In this document: one piece after another, positions 25,040-35,650 of the stretch
Layout: every line of letters begins with the position of its first letter
Position numbering within the stretch: position 1 is the stretch's first letter
From: an uncultured Chloroflexia bacterium
GTDB lineage: Bacteria > Chloroflexota > Chloroflexia > Thermomicrobiales > JALYUS01
Assembly: GCA_963847195.1 (NCBI GenBank)
Contig: CAWJZC010000027.1
Location: 115,323-179,322 of the forward strand
Length of the DNA: 64,000 nt
Reading direction: 5' to 3'
Notes under the pieces: model-generated
What the model was told of the DNA's origin: nothing
Databases searched by the model: none
The model's input: the letters and a program-made list of their open reading frames with translations, nothing else
Made by a program: the position numbers and the translations under genes

Positions 25040-26633
25040 ATGCTGATGACGACGCCGGGCCGCTCGCATGCGCGCGCCGGCGCGACCCGCGTGGCCGGAG
25101 ATCGTCGTCGTCGGCGCGCTCGTGCTCGCCTGTCTGCTGCTCGTCCCGAAAGTGATCGGCACGGCGCGGTACGACGCGGCGATTCTCCGCTTCCCCTTTC
25201 AGGTGGACGATGCCGAAGGGGTGGTGCTCGCGGAGGCGCGGCTGATCGCCGAGGGCACCGAACCCGTACGCGTACCAGCCATCGCCCGCGCACGTACTTC
25301 TACGCGGGGCCGTACACGCCGTTCTACACGCTGCTCAATAGCGCGGCGATGGCCGTCAACGGCCCGAGTTTCAAGTTCGGGCGGGCGGTGCAGTTGCTGG
25401 CGACGCTCGCGGTCGCCGTGTGGCTCGCCTGGGCGGTGCGTCGCGCCGCGCGGGAGCGGGCGCGGCTGGCTGGTCGGCGGATGGATCGCCGCTGCTCTTC
25501 GTGTCGGCGCACCTCGTCGCGGTCTGGAGCGTGCGCGTGCGGCCGGATATGACCGCGCTCGCCTGGAATCTGCTCGGCGTCGCCGTGCTCCGCGCCTGGC
25601 TCGATCCGACCGAGCGCGCGTCGTGGCGGGCGGGAGCGTGGCCGCGCGGCGCGTGTTCGGTCGCCTGGCGCTCGGGGCGGCGTGTTTCGCCCTCGGTTGG
25701 TGGACGAAGCAGACTTTCGTGGCCGTGCCGGTCGCCTTCCTCATCAGCGTCGTCGTTCAGTCGCCCGAAAGTCGGCCGTGACAATTGGCGCGCTCTATGC
25801 GGCGATGATCGCGATGCCCTTCGCGCTCCTCGATCTCCTGACGCGCGGCGGGTTCGCGCAGAAGACGATCGGCTACCAGGGTTCGTGGCAGTGGGCGGCA
25901 TTTCTGCGGCTCGCGCAGCCGTTTGCTGGCACGATATGGGTGGTGGCTCGGCCTCGCGGTGCTCGCCGGGTGCGCGCTCTGCATTCAGCGTCGGCGCGTG
26001 CCATTCGCCGTGTGCTGGTTCGTGCCTGAGCGCGATCATTCGCGCTCGGCGCGGGCACGAGCGGCGGCAATCACAACCATTTCGTTGAATTGCTCGCCGC
26101 CGCGTCGCTTGCTGGTTGGTCAGGCGGTCGTGGCGCTGATCGACCGATGGCCGCACACTGCGCGCGCGGCGCGCGTCTGGATTGCTCCCGCCGTGGCCGT
26201 CGCCCTCGTCGCCCTCTCGGTCGTTGCGCTCGCTGAGCGGGAGGGCACGACGGGCTGGCTGGCCCGCGACTATCGCACGCCGACCGCATCGGAGCGTGCG
26301 GGCTACGCGGCGGTGGCGGCGTATATCGCGAATAGTCCCGGCCCGGTGTACAGTAACAACGTCGGTATCCTCGTCGTCACCGGGCAGACCGTGCGTGTGA
26401 CGGACCCGTTCACGATGGCGGCGGAGGTGCGCCTGGGCCGCTGGGACGATGCGTCGCTGGTCGCCGATGTGGAGGCGGGGAAGTATCCGCTGATCGCGCT
26501 CAGTTACAATGATGTCGCGTCGCTCGACCCCGATCTGCCGCCGACGGACGCGACGCCGGGGTTGATCCGCGCCATCCAGACGCGCTACCGACTGATCGAG
26601 CGGAATGTGCTGCGGCTCTATGTGCCGAAATGA
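25040..26633 (+). CDS. GT-C-like polytopic membrane protein, frameshifted
   Basis: FPFQVDDAEGVVL, YTPFY, RVRPDM, WTKQTF, multiple TM segments, soluble C-terminal domain. Confidence 0.6.
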
Positions 26634-26648
26634 GCGGAGGAGGGGACG

Positions 26649-26867
26649 ATGAGCGACACACCCACGGGGACGACGACCGACGAACCGGCGATCAGCAAGG
26701 AATTGCTGGATATTCTCGCCTGCCCGTGCAGCCATCACGCGCCGTTGCGCCTCGAAGGGCAGAAATTGATCTGCACCGATGGCGCGTGCAGCCGCGTCTT
26801 CCGCATCGAAGACGGCATCCCGATCATGCTGCTCGATGAGGCGGAAGGCGACGGCCCGCCGGCATAA
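26649..26867 (+). CDS. Trm112-like (UPF0434) protein
   Basis: ISKELLDILACP..L..LIC....CSRVFRIEDGIPIMLLDEA. Confidence 0.9.
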   Translation: MSDTPTGTTTDEPAISKELLDILACPCSHHAPLRLEGQKLICTDGACSRVFRIEDGIPIMLLDEAEGDGPPA

Positions 26868-26889
26868 ACACATGATCTAGGAGGGATAT

Positions 26890-26973
26890 AACCACCAAGA
26901 CACCAAGAACACCAAGATAATGAAAGACGGCATTCATCTTGGTGTCCTCCGTGTTCTTGGTGTCTTGGTGGTT
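26890..26973. repeat. REP-like long palindrome made of caccaaga(a) tandem units
   Basis: 23-bp perfect inverted repeat aaccaccaagacaccaagaacac / gtgttcttggtgtcttggtggtt. Confidence 0.85.
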
Positions 26974-27026
26974 CATCCCACATCGTTGTGCAACGGGTTG
27001 AAGTACTGATCGATGATGCTGAGGGG

Positions 27027-28236
27027 ATGCCTGGGCTGCATTTCGCATTTCTCTATCCGCAGATCACGAAACTGACGGGCGCGCAGCGGCTGATTCTGCA
27101 ACTGGCGCGCTATACGATTGTGGCCGGGCACCGCGTGACGCTGGTGACACACCGCCTCGCGGCGGAGCCGCGCGCCGCGTTGCCTCCCGGCTTGGCCGTT
27201 ATTGAGACCGGGCGGCGCGTCGATTGGTTCTCGCACCATTACGCCGACGCCGCGCTCGAATACCTCTTCGCCCCGCGTCTGATCGCACATATCCCAAAAG
27301 ATGCTGATGCACTCGTCTGCTTCGGTCCACCATCGATGCCGGCGCTCTGGTGGGCGCGTCGACGGGGATGGGGAGCGCCGGCGCGACCGCTGCTCGCCTT
27401 CCTCTATGAGCCGCCCCGCTTCGTTGACCGCGACCGGCGCGATGTCGCGGCGGGCCTCGGTCGCGCTGGCGCATGCCTCGCGCCGTTGTTCGGGTTGTAT
27501 GGGGCGGTTGATCGACGACTCGTGCGCGCCGCTGACGCGCTGCTCGCGAATGGCGCCTACGGCGCGCAGCGCCTCAAGGAGAGTATATGGGCGTGACGCC
27601 GTGGTGATCCCGCACGGCGTTGATTTCATCGAGCCGAACGAGGGGCAGGTTGCGGCGATCCGGGCGCGTTACGCGCTACCGGAGGGTGCGCCGGTGCTCC
27701 TCACCGTCAACCAACTCCATCCGCGCAAGCGGATCGATCTCTTCATCCGCGCGCTCGCCGCCGTGCGGGCATCGTTCCCCACGGCAGTCGGGTTGATCGT
27801 CGGTCGCGGTGTGGATGAAGCGCGCCTGCGCGCGGAAGCGGCGCACCTCGGCGTGACAGACGCCGTGCGCTTCGCGGGCTTCGTGCCGGACGCCGATCTC
27901 CCGGCGGTCTATCGCGCGGCGAGCGTCTACCTGCATACCGGTCGCGACGAGACCTTCGGGCTCTCCGTGCTGGAGGCGGCCTGGAGCGGCATCCCGGTCG
28001 TCTCCGTCGATGAGGGCGGGCCGCACGATATTCTCGGCGGCGGCGCGTATGGTTGGCTGGTGCCTGCCGACGCGGATGCCATCGCTCACGCCGTTCGGGG
28101 GATTCTCCATGACCCTCCGGCGGCGAAGGACCGAACGGCGGGAGCGAGCGCGAACGTTCGCGCGCGGTTTCAATGGGAAGCGGGGGCTGCCGCGCTCATC
28201 CAGACGGCGGAACGGCTGCGTGGTGCATCCGCTTGA
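27027..28236 (+). CDS. Glycosyltransferase family 4 (one frameshift near 27590)
   Basis: LTGAQRL, YEPPRF, NQLHPRKRIDL, ETFGLSVLEAAWSGIPVV. Confidence 0.88.
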
Positions 28237-28242
28237 CGGCAC

Positions 28243-28271
28243 TTGACGACCGAAAGAGCGTTTGGTAGTAT
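28243..28271 (+). promoter_or_regulatory. Sigma70-type promoter of the tRNA pair
   Basis: TTGACG-17 nt-TAGTAT with TG extension. Confidence 0.7.
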
Positions 28272-28297
28272 GCGGGCGGTGAGGGAACGCGCCAGCC

Positions 28298-28382
28298 GGG
28301 GGAGTGTCGGAACTGGCAGACGAGCATGACTTAGGATCATGTGCCGCAAGGCGTGAGAGTTCGAGTCTCTCCTTCCCCACCA
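28298..28382 (+). tRNA. tRNA-Leu(TAG)
   Basis: GGGGGAGTGTCGGAACTGGCAGACG..CATGA-CTTAGGA-TCATG, long variable arm, GTTCGAG T-loop, ACCA end. Confidence 0.95.
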
Positions 28383-28396
28383 ATAGTCTGATTTGA

Positions 28397-28471
28397 GCGG
28401 AAGTGGCTCAGTGGTAGAGCATCTCCTTGCCAAGGAGAAGGTCGCGAGTTCGAATCTCGTCTTCCGCTCCA
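28397..28471 (+). tRNA. tRNA-Gly(GCC)
   Basis: GCGGAAGTGGCTCAGTGGTAGAGC..CTCC-TTGCCAA-GGAG..GTTCGAATC..CTTCCGCTCCA. Confidence 0.96.
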
Positions 28472-28847
28472 TTTTTATGTCCGTTTGACGGGGGAACCGC
28501 CTCTTTCTCGTCGAGATCCATGTATGCCACCATTGAATATCGCTGTCCCCGGCTGATTCGCACGTTCGAAGGATTCCGAGAGCGTGAGAACCGGGCGCTA
28601 TGCGACCAGTGCGTACATGGCTGCAGTGTCTCGCGAACGCCGTGCGTTGCTGGTATTGGATTTCGCGATGTATCGCGATGATGCGTCCGTGCCCGTGGAC
28701 AAGTCATTCGTCGAAACGGATCGGTTTCTGCCCTCCGGCGCAACCTTTCTCGTTGGCACTATACATGCATGATCGAACTGTAACGGATTGCGGGGTGTTC
28801 TTTTATGTCTCTCCTGGTTGTACATCTCATGGTCGAATGTGGCGAAC

Positions 28848-29258
28848 ATGGTAGAAACTGAAGGCGATGCACCGTCGCCACCGCTCATCGTCGTCGTGGA
28901 CGATGACGCCCTGATCCTGAAGATGCTGCGCTACTTCCTGCCGAGCGCGGGCTACCGCGTCGTCACCTGGGCGCGGGCGCACGGGGCTGCGACGATGATC
29001 GCGCGGGAGCAACCCGCACTCGTCATCCTCGATATCCGCATGGAGCACGACCGCGCCGGGATGGACGTGTTGCGTACGCTGCGGACGCGGCGTGAGACGG
29101 GGGATATTCCCGTCCTTTTCGTGTCGGCATGGGCCGATACCCTGACACCCGACGAACGGGACGAGATACGCGCCGCCCGCGCCGACACGATGATGAAGCC
29201 CTTCGAGTTCGACGACCTCATCGGGAGGATGCGCGGAATGATGGCGCCGGGTGCGTGA
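28848..29258 (+). CDS. Single-domain response regulator (receiver only)
   Basis: VVDDD, ILDIRM (phospho-Asp), FVSA, KPF. Confidence 0.9.
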   Translation: MVETEGDAPSPPLIVVVDDDALILKMLRYFLPSAGYRVVTWARAHGAATMIAREQPALVILDIRMEHDRAGMDVLRTLRTRRETGDIPVLFVSAWADTLTPDERDEIRAARADTMMKPFEFDDLIGRMRGMMAPGA

Positions 29259-29457
29259 GCACCGCTATCGGTCCGATGCGATGCGTGCCACATACCATCG
29301 TTGGGAGCGTCCTACCAGAGTTTTCTCTCCATCCTTTGCGCGAGGGCGCCCGTGTGCTCGGCAGTCTTTTGACATGAATATAAAAACGGTGGCACTCGAA
29401 ATGCCTAGCCGACTGTCTCTGGCGATTCCCTCTGTCGGACACGTGGGGTGGTCAACG

Positions 29458-29847
29458 ATGGATGAGTCACACGAACCGGAAGCCCTCATTGACATGCGGA
29501 CGCATCTGACCGTCATCGCTCTCGCGGTGGCGCAACTCCGGCGGCACGGCGATACCCCGTATGTCGAGCGATTGTGCGCATTAGCCGACACCGCGATACA
29601 GGAACTCAAAGCGGACATCGCTGACGTGCAGGAAATGCTCGTGCATGGCGAGGAGAGTCGCGAGGAATCGCGCGGGGCGCACCGCCGCCTGCGCCAATCG
29701 CTCGCCGCCGATGCGTATGACCAGGAAACGGGTCCACTCTCCCTGCCGACGCATTCCACGCATGTCCGCACATCAATCAGGAGTGCCCACGGCGGGCGCT
29801 CCAGCAGTCGCCCACACGCCGAGGATGCGGAGCGTGGAAAGACGTAG
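29458..29847 (+). CDS. Hypothetical protein with degenerate HisKA-like helical hairpin
   Basis: IDMRTHLTVI resembles HDLRTPLTVI, followed by a second amphipathic helix. Confidence 0.45.
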   Translation: MDESHEPEALIDMRTHLTVIALAVAQLRRHGDTPYVERLCALADTAIQELKADIADVQEMLVHGEESREESRGAHRRLRQSLAADAYDQETGPLSLPTHSTHVRTSIRSAHGGRSSSRPHAEDAERGKT

Positions 29848-30040
29848 CGGCCCTCGAGGCCTTCATCCCTTGCCACATCGAGCATGACGCCGGCATCATG
29901 GATTTATGCCCGGAGTCCCGCCGCTATTATCCGCCGTACACGCAGAAGGAATGTTGCTCGGTGTCGTGCTGTTAGAGACAGTGGGACACGATCGATCGTG
30001 CCCGACATGGGACATGCCGATGACTGAGGAGAAATGCGCG

Positions 30041-30466
30041 ATGGCAGACCGACCGCAAATGAGCCGCGAAGATTTTATGGCCTTCATCCTCGATCATCGC
30101 GAGAAGCCCCGGAATAATCGCACAATGGACGAGCCGACCGTCGAGGTGAGCGGCGGCAATCCCGGCTGCGGCGATATCGTCACGATTTATCTGAAAGTCG
30201 GCGAGGACGAGAAGATCGAGGACATCTCCTATGTCGGCGAAGGCTGCACGATCAGTCAGGCGGGCGCGTCCTTCATGACCAGCCGGTTGAAAGGGAAGAC
30301 GCTCGCTGAGGTCGAGGAGATGGATTACGACATCATCACCGAGACCTTTGGGCGCGAGGTGATGGCGACCCGCCCGCGCTGCGCCACGCTCGCCCTCGGC
30401 ACCACCAAGGCGGCGATCAAGAAATACCGCGATGACGCCATCAAGCACGCAATCAGCGCGGGCTGA
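30041..30466 (+). CDS. sufU: SufU/IscU (NifU_N) Fe-S scaffold / sulfur-transfer protein
   Basis: ILDH..PRN, NPGCGD, GEGCTISQAGAS, RPRCATL (three Cys). Confidence 0.9.
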   Translation: MADRPQMSREDFMAFILDHREKPRNNRTMDEPTVEVSGGNPGCGDIVTIYLKVGEDEKIEDISYVGEGCTISQAGASFMTSRLKGKTLAEVEEMDYDIITETFGREVMATRPRCATLALGTTKAAIKKYRDDAIKHAISAG

Positions 30467-30504
30467 ATGCATCTGTATGCCCGATAGCTGCACATCGAAC
30501 CGAC

Positions 30505-30591
30505 TTGACGCGAACCCATCGCGGCATTATGCTCCAATTTAGTTGAATAAGTCGCCGGGCGTTTGACGCATCGCGCCGCATCCGATACCCT
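30505..30591 (+). promoter_or_regulatory. Two tandem sigma70-like promoters upstream of the sulfurtransferase
   Basis: TTGACG-17-TATGCT (30505-30533) and TTGACG-17-TACCCT (30563-30591). Confidence 0.5.
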
Positions 30592-30669
30592 GCGATTTGT
30601 TGACTTTGTTGCGCGACTTCATCAACTACATGCGACGTGCATGGACGATGTGATGGAAGGAGACGATCG

Positions 30670-31545
30670 ATGATGGCAACCGCAACGACCCCCGCGACTG
30701 ATACCCTCGTTTCGACCCAATGGGTGGCGGATCATCTCAATGATCCGAGCATCCGTTTAGTCGAGAGCGACGAGGACATCCTGCTCTACGAGATCGGCCA
30801 TATCCCCGGCGCGGTGAAGATCGACTGGACGGCGGACTTGCAGGACGCGACCGTGCGCGACTTCATCAGCCCCGAGCAGGTAGCCCAGTTGTTGAGCCGC
30901 CACGGTATCGCCAATGACACGACTATTGTTGTCTACGGCGACAAGAATAACTGGTGGGCCGCCTATGCCTACTGGTTCTTCAAGTTGAACGGTCACGAAA
31001 ACCTGAAGATCATGGATGGCGGCCGTGCCAAGTGGGAGGCCGAGGGGCGCGAGTACACGCGCGAAGAGCCGCACTATCCGGCGACGAACTACAAGCCGGG
31101 CACGTACCACCCGGAACTGCGCGCCTTCCGCGACGACGTACTCGCCTTCATCGACCGCGCTAGCGGCAGCAAGGGCACGAATCCGCGCGGGCCGCTGGTC
31201 GATGTCCGCTCGCCGCAGGAGTTCTCCGGCGAACTGACGCACATGCCCGCCTACCCGCAGGAGGGCGCGCTGCGCGGCGGCCATATCCCCGGCGCGAAGA
31301 ACATCCCCTGGGCGAAGGCGGTCGCGGAAGATGGCACCTTCAAGCCGATCCCCGAACTGCGCGCGCTGTACGAGGGGCAGGGCATCACGCCGGATAAGGA
31401 CGTGATCGCCTACTGCCGGATCGGCGAGCGTTCCAGCCACACCTGGTTCGTGCTGCACGAACTGCTCGGCTACAAGAACGTCCGCAACTACGACGGCTCC
31501 TGGACCGAGTGGGGCAACGTCGTCGGCGTGCCGATCGAGAAGTAA
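30670..31545 (+). CDS. sseA: Two-domain rhodanese / thiosulfate sulfurtransferase (SseA/CysA type)
   Basis: [35 protein letters not shown] active site, [10 protein letters not shown]. Confidence 0.93.
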   Translation: MMATATTPATDTLVSTQWVADHLNDPSIRLVESDEDILLYEIGHIPGAVKIDWTADLQDATVRDFISPEQVAQLLSRHGIANDTTIVVYGDKNNWWAAYAYWFFKLNGHENLKIMDGGRAKWEAEGREYTREEPHYPATNYKPGTYHPELRAFRDDVLAFIDRASGSKGTNPRGPLVDVRSPQEFSGELTHMPAYPQEGALRGGHIPGAKNIPWAKAVAEDGTFKPIPELRALYEGQGITPDKDVIAYCRIGERSSHTWFVLHELLGYKNVRNYDGSWTEWGNVVGVPIEK

Positions 31546-31552
31546 GGCAGAG

Positions 31553-31657
31553 TCACCAAGAAAACACGTAGCGCACAGAGCGCGGAGAACGCGGAGAACA
31601 CAGAGATGATTCCTCTTGCCCTCTGCGCTCTCTGTGTTCTCCGCGCTACGTGTTTCC
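31553..31657. repeat. REP-like long palindrome made of (c)acagag / cgcggag 9-nt units
   Basis: Outer IR aaacacgtagcgc / gcgctacgtgttt enclosing gcggagaacacagag / ctctgtgttctccgc. Confidence 0.8.
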
Positions 31658-31791
31658 CCGTCGTCTTTGTCGGTGGACTTGCGACCGGGCATACTGGCGC
31701 GCTATCATCCGGGGCGCGGTGGCATGGGACCACGCGCCGTTATTGAACTGCCACCGTGCATGTGAGAGAAGAGAAGGGAACGGGTTACACT

Positions 31792-33349
31792 GTGAAAGTC
31801 ACCGCCGAGCGGCTTCCGGAAAGCCAGGTCCGGCTCGAAATCGCCTCCGACGATGAGGAATTTAAGAAGGCGTACGATCGCGCGACGCAGCGCGTGTCGC
31901 AGCGCGTTACCGTGCCCGGATTCCGGCGCGGGAAGGCGCCGCGCGCGCTCGTCGAGCGGCATGTCGGCCGGCCGGTGATCGTCGATGAGGCGAACGGCGC
32001 CCTGATGGACGATCTCTACCGCCAGGCGCTCGAGCAGGAAGACCTGACGCCGGTGGCGCGCCCCTCGGTGGAGGTGCTGACGCAGGAACCGCTCTCCTTC
32101 CGGGTGGAAGTCGAGATCACCCCGACGGTCGATGTGACCGGCTATGAGGATGTCCGCGTCGAGCCGGAGCATTTCACGCTCACCGATACCGAAGTGGACG
32201 AGTACATCCAGCGACTGCGCGAGGAGAATAGCCCGTGGGTCGATCCGCCGACGCCGCGCGCTGTGCAGGAGGGCGATCAGGTTGTCGTGGACATCGCGGC
32301 GTTCGAGGGCGACGAGCCGTTCGACGAGCCGACGACGGGCGCGACCTTCACGCTCGGCAACGATAATCTCCTGCCGCAGATCCGCGGACTGATCCTCGGC
32401 GCGACGGTTGGCGAGCCGGTCGAGAAGACCGTCGTCTTTCCGGAGGCGAACGAAGAGGAGACAGAGCGGCCAATCCCGGAGAGCCTGCTCGGCAAGACGC
32501 TCCTTTACCGCGTCACCGTGCAGAGCATCAAGGAGCGCGAGCTCTTGCCGGAGGATGACGAACTGGGCGCCTCGATCGGTGGTCGCCCGATGACGCTCGC
32601 CGCCCTGCGCGCCGAAATACGCTCCGGTCTGCATCAGCAGAAAGAGATCCAGGCGCGCAATGCGCTCGTTAATTCGATCATGGAGAAACTGCGCGATGAC
32701 GTGGCGAAGGTCGAGATCGGCCCGGCCCTCATCAATCAGCAGACGCAGGAAGACGCCGGCCAGCAATTGCAGCAGATCGGCGGGATGGGCCTCGACATCA
32801 ACGAGATCTTCGGCCGGAACACCGACGCGCTGACCAATTTCCTCGAACGCATCCGCCCCGAGTCCGAGCGACGGCTCCGTAACACGCTGATCCTGCGCGA
32901 GATCGGCGAGCACGAGCATATCGACGTGACGCCCGAGGACGTGCATGAGGAGGTCCATCGCCTCGGCATGTCCCACAGCGTCCTGGAGGACGAGCGCACC
33001 GTCGAACTGATCGAGGCGGACCTGCGCGAGCGCAAGTTGCTCGACCGCGTGATCGAGATCGCCACCGAAGGCAAGGGCGTGATCGACGATTCCCCGGAGA
33101 GCGCCTACATCCTGCCGCCCGACGCCGAGGAGACCGAGCCGGAAGCCGGGGCGGCGCGAGGCAGGGCTACCGGAGGATGTCGCGCTCGAAACGCCGGCGG
33201 ATGAAACGCGGGCGATGGAGGCCAAGGGCGAAACTGCGGACGCTCCCGCCGCCACACCGGATGAAAATGCTGGTACAATGGATGGAGATGGGGAAACGTC
33301 CGCAACTGACGCGCCCGCCGCGACTAATGAGGCGCCAACATCCGCGTAA
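31792..33349 (+). CDS. tig: Trigger factor (acidic C-terminal tail shifted by an indel near 33155)
   Basis: VPGFRRGKAP ribosome-binding motif, FKBP-like middle region, position upstream of clpP-clpX. Confidence 0.93.
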
Positions 33350-33392
33350 CATTGGCCACACCCATCCGTTACACCATTGGAAGGAAACGGAC

Positions 33393-34025
33393 ATGCGTTC
33401 AGGTCTCGAGATCAACAATATCATCCCGGCGGTCGTGGAGAGCACGAATCGCGGCGAGCGCTCGTGGGACATCTACTCCCGCCTGCTGCGCGACCGCATC
33501 GTCTTCATCGGCACGCCGATCGACGCCCAGGTGGCGAACGTCTTCATCGCCCAGCTCCTCTTCCTCGACTACGAGGACCCGGACCGCGAGATCAAGGTCT
33601 ACATCAACAGCCCCGGCGGCGAGGTTTACGCAGGCCTGGCGATGTACGACACGATGCAGATGATCCGCTCCGATGTCTCGACCTACTGCATGGGTTTTGC
33701 GGCGAGCATGGGCGCGGTGCTCTTGTGCGCCGGGCAGAATGGCAAGCGATACGCGCTGCCGAACTCCCGCGTGCTGATCCACCAGGGCTCCGGCGGCTTC
33801 CGGGGCAATGTGCCGGACATCGACATCGCCGCGCGGGAGACGATCAACGTCGTCACGCGGCTCGTCGAGATCATGGCGAACCACAGCAACCAGCCGTTCG
33901 ACAAGGTGAAGCGCGACACCGAGCGCGACTACTACATGAACGCCGAGGAGGCGAGGGATTACGGTCTGATCGACGAAATCCTCATGCCGCAGCCGAAGAA
34001 GGTCGCGGGAGCAGTGTTGGCCTAG
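33393..34025 (+). CDS. clpP: ATP-dependent Clp protease proteolytic subunit
   Basis: [24 protein letters not shown] (Ser), IHQ (His), ERDYYM. Confidence 0.97.
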   Translation: MRSGLEINNIIPAVVESTNRGERSWDIYSRLLRDRIVFIGTPIDAQVANVFIAQLLFLDYEDPDREIKVYINSPGGEVYAGLAMYDTMQMIRSDVSTYCMGFAASMGAVLLCAGQNGKRYALPNSRVLIHQGSGGFRGNVPDIDIAARETINVVTRLVEIMANHSNQPFDKVKRDTERDYYMNAEEARDYGLIDEILMPQPKKVAGAVLA

Positions 34026-34096
34026 CACGCCGTTGCGGCGTGCTTTCGTACCGTGGCGCGGCCTGCGCGTGCGGGCGGAATGAGGAGCGTTTGGGG

Positions 34097-35395
34097 ATGG
34101 CAGGTACGCGCGGAACGACGGGAAGTGGGAGCGGAAGCCGGATGCAGTATCGCTGCTCCTTTTGCGGCAAAGGGCAAGACGAGGTCAAACGACTGATCGC
34201 CGGTCCCGGCGCGGTCTATATATGCGACGAGTGCGTCGAGCTCTGCCGCGAGATCATCGAGGAAGAGGAAGTGCCGACGCCGAAGGTGCAACCCTCCTTC
34301 GCCGGTATCTCGACACCGAAGCGCATTCACGAGCAACTCTCGCAATACGTCGTTGGGCAGGAGATGGCGAAGAAGAGCCTCGCTGTCGCCGTCTACAACC
34401 ACTACAAGCGCATCACGGCGGGCGCGGAGCCGAACAACGATGTCGAACTCCAGAAGAGCAACATTCTGCTCGTCGGACCGACGGGCTGCGGCAAGACCTA
34501 CCTCGCGCAGACGCTTGCCAAAATCCTCGACGTCCCCTTCTCCATCGCGGACGCCACGGCGCTCACCGAAGCCGGCTACGTCGGTGAGGACGTGGAGAAT
34601 ATCCTCCTCCGGCTGATCCAGAATGCCGGCGATGTGGCGCGGGCTGAGACGGGCATCATTTACATCGACGAAATCGACAAGATCGCGCGCAAATCGGACA
34701 ATCCGTCCATCACGCGCGATGTTTCCGGTGAGGGCGTGCAGCAGGCGCTCCTGAAGATTATCGAGGGCACGACGGCCAATGTGCCGCCGCAGAGCGGTCG
34801 CAAGCACCCCCACCAGGAATACATCCAGATCGACACGCGCAATATCCTCTTTATCTGCGGCGGCGCCTTCGAGGGGCTGGAAGATATTATTGCACGGCGG
34901 ATGGATTCGAAGCATACGATGGGCTTCATGGGCATCGGCAGCACGCAGACAAAGAACGAGCAGGAGAATCTACTGCGGCACGTCACGCACGATGATTTGT
35001 TGAAGTATGGCCTGATCCCCGAGTTCGTCGGGCGCCTGCCGATCACCGTCAGCCTCGACCAACTTTCGCGCAGCGAACTGATCCGCATCCTCACCGAGCC
35101 AAAGAATGCCGTCATCAAGCAATATCAGCGCCTCTTCGGCCACGATAATGTCGAGTTGTCCTTCACCGAGGACGCGCTCGAAGAGATCGCCACCCAGGCC
35201 GAGCGTCGCAAGACGGGAGCGCGCGGCCTGAAGACCGCCATTGAATCGCTCCTCTTGGATGTGATGTACGAAATCCCCTCGCTGGACAATGTCCGCAAGT
35301 GCATCGTCAACGGCGAGACCGTCCGCTCCGGCAAGCAGCCAATCCTGATGACCCTCGGTGGCCGCGAACTGGAATTGGAAGACACCGTCGCGTAA
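34097..35395 (+). CDS. clpX: ATP-dependent Clp protease ATP-binding subunit
   Basis: CSFCGK zinc finger, [28 protein letters not shown] loop. Confidence 0.98.
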   Translation: MAGTRGTTGSGSGSRMQYRCSFCGKGQDEVKRLIAGPGAVYICDECVELCREIIEEEEVPTPKVQPSFAGISTPKRIHEQLSQYVVGQEMAKKSLAVAVYNHYKRITAGAEPNNDVELQKSNILLVGPTGCGKTYLAQTLAKILDVPFSIADATALTEAGYVGEDVENILLRLIQNAGDVARAETGIIYIDEIDKIARKSDNPSITRDVSGEGVQQALLKIIEGTTANVPPQSGRKHPHQEYIQIDTRNILFICGGAFEGLEDIIARRMDSKHTMGFMGIGSTQTKNEQENLLRHVTHDDLLKYGLIPEFVGRLPITVSLDQLSRSELIRILTEPKNAVIKQYQRLFGHDNVELSFTEDALEEIATQAERRKTGARGLKTAIESLLLDVMYEIPSLDNVRKCIVNGETVRSGKQPILMTLGGRELELEDTVA

Positions 35396-35417
35396 CGTCA
35401 TCGCAATTTACCGAAAT

Positions 35418-35451
35418 ACGTGGCCGGGTCCCATAACCCGGCCACGTGTTT
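35418..35451 (+). terminator. Intrinsic terminator after clpX
   Basis: acgtggccggg / cccggccacgt stem followed by gtttt. Confidence 0.65.
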
Positions 35452-35490
35452 GGTTCGGTCGCGTGACTATCATCCATACGTATAGCACGA

Positions 35491-35537
35491 ACGATCGGAA
35501 GGGCTGGGAGCGAACGACTCCCAGCCCTTCCGATCGT
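35491..35537. repeat. Perfect 20-bp inverted repeat (possible terminator for the convergent minus-strand gene)
   Basis: acgatcggaagggctgggag-7 nt-ctcccagcccttccgatcgt. Confidence 0.6.
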
Positions 35538-35650
35538 CAGTCACACATTTCAGTTTGAGCGTTTCGGCGGCATGGCTGCCACCCTGTATACCTCCCTCCT
35601 CGCTGCGTGGCAGCGGCCAATGCGCCGACCGTCTGCGGCGCCGCTCATCG

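Noticed and set aside
26890-26973. Short repeats as a CRISPR array
   Set aside because: Units are 8-9 nt with no unique spacers and no cas genes; they form a palindrome.
28471-30000. tRNA-Gly-integrated genomic island or prophage
   Set aside because: No integrase and no duplicated tRNA 3' end (att site) seen in the window.
33377-34096. N-terminally extended 672-aa ClpX
   Set aside because: The extension overlaps clpP in another frame; the real start with RBS is near 34097.
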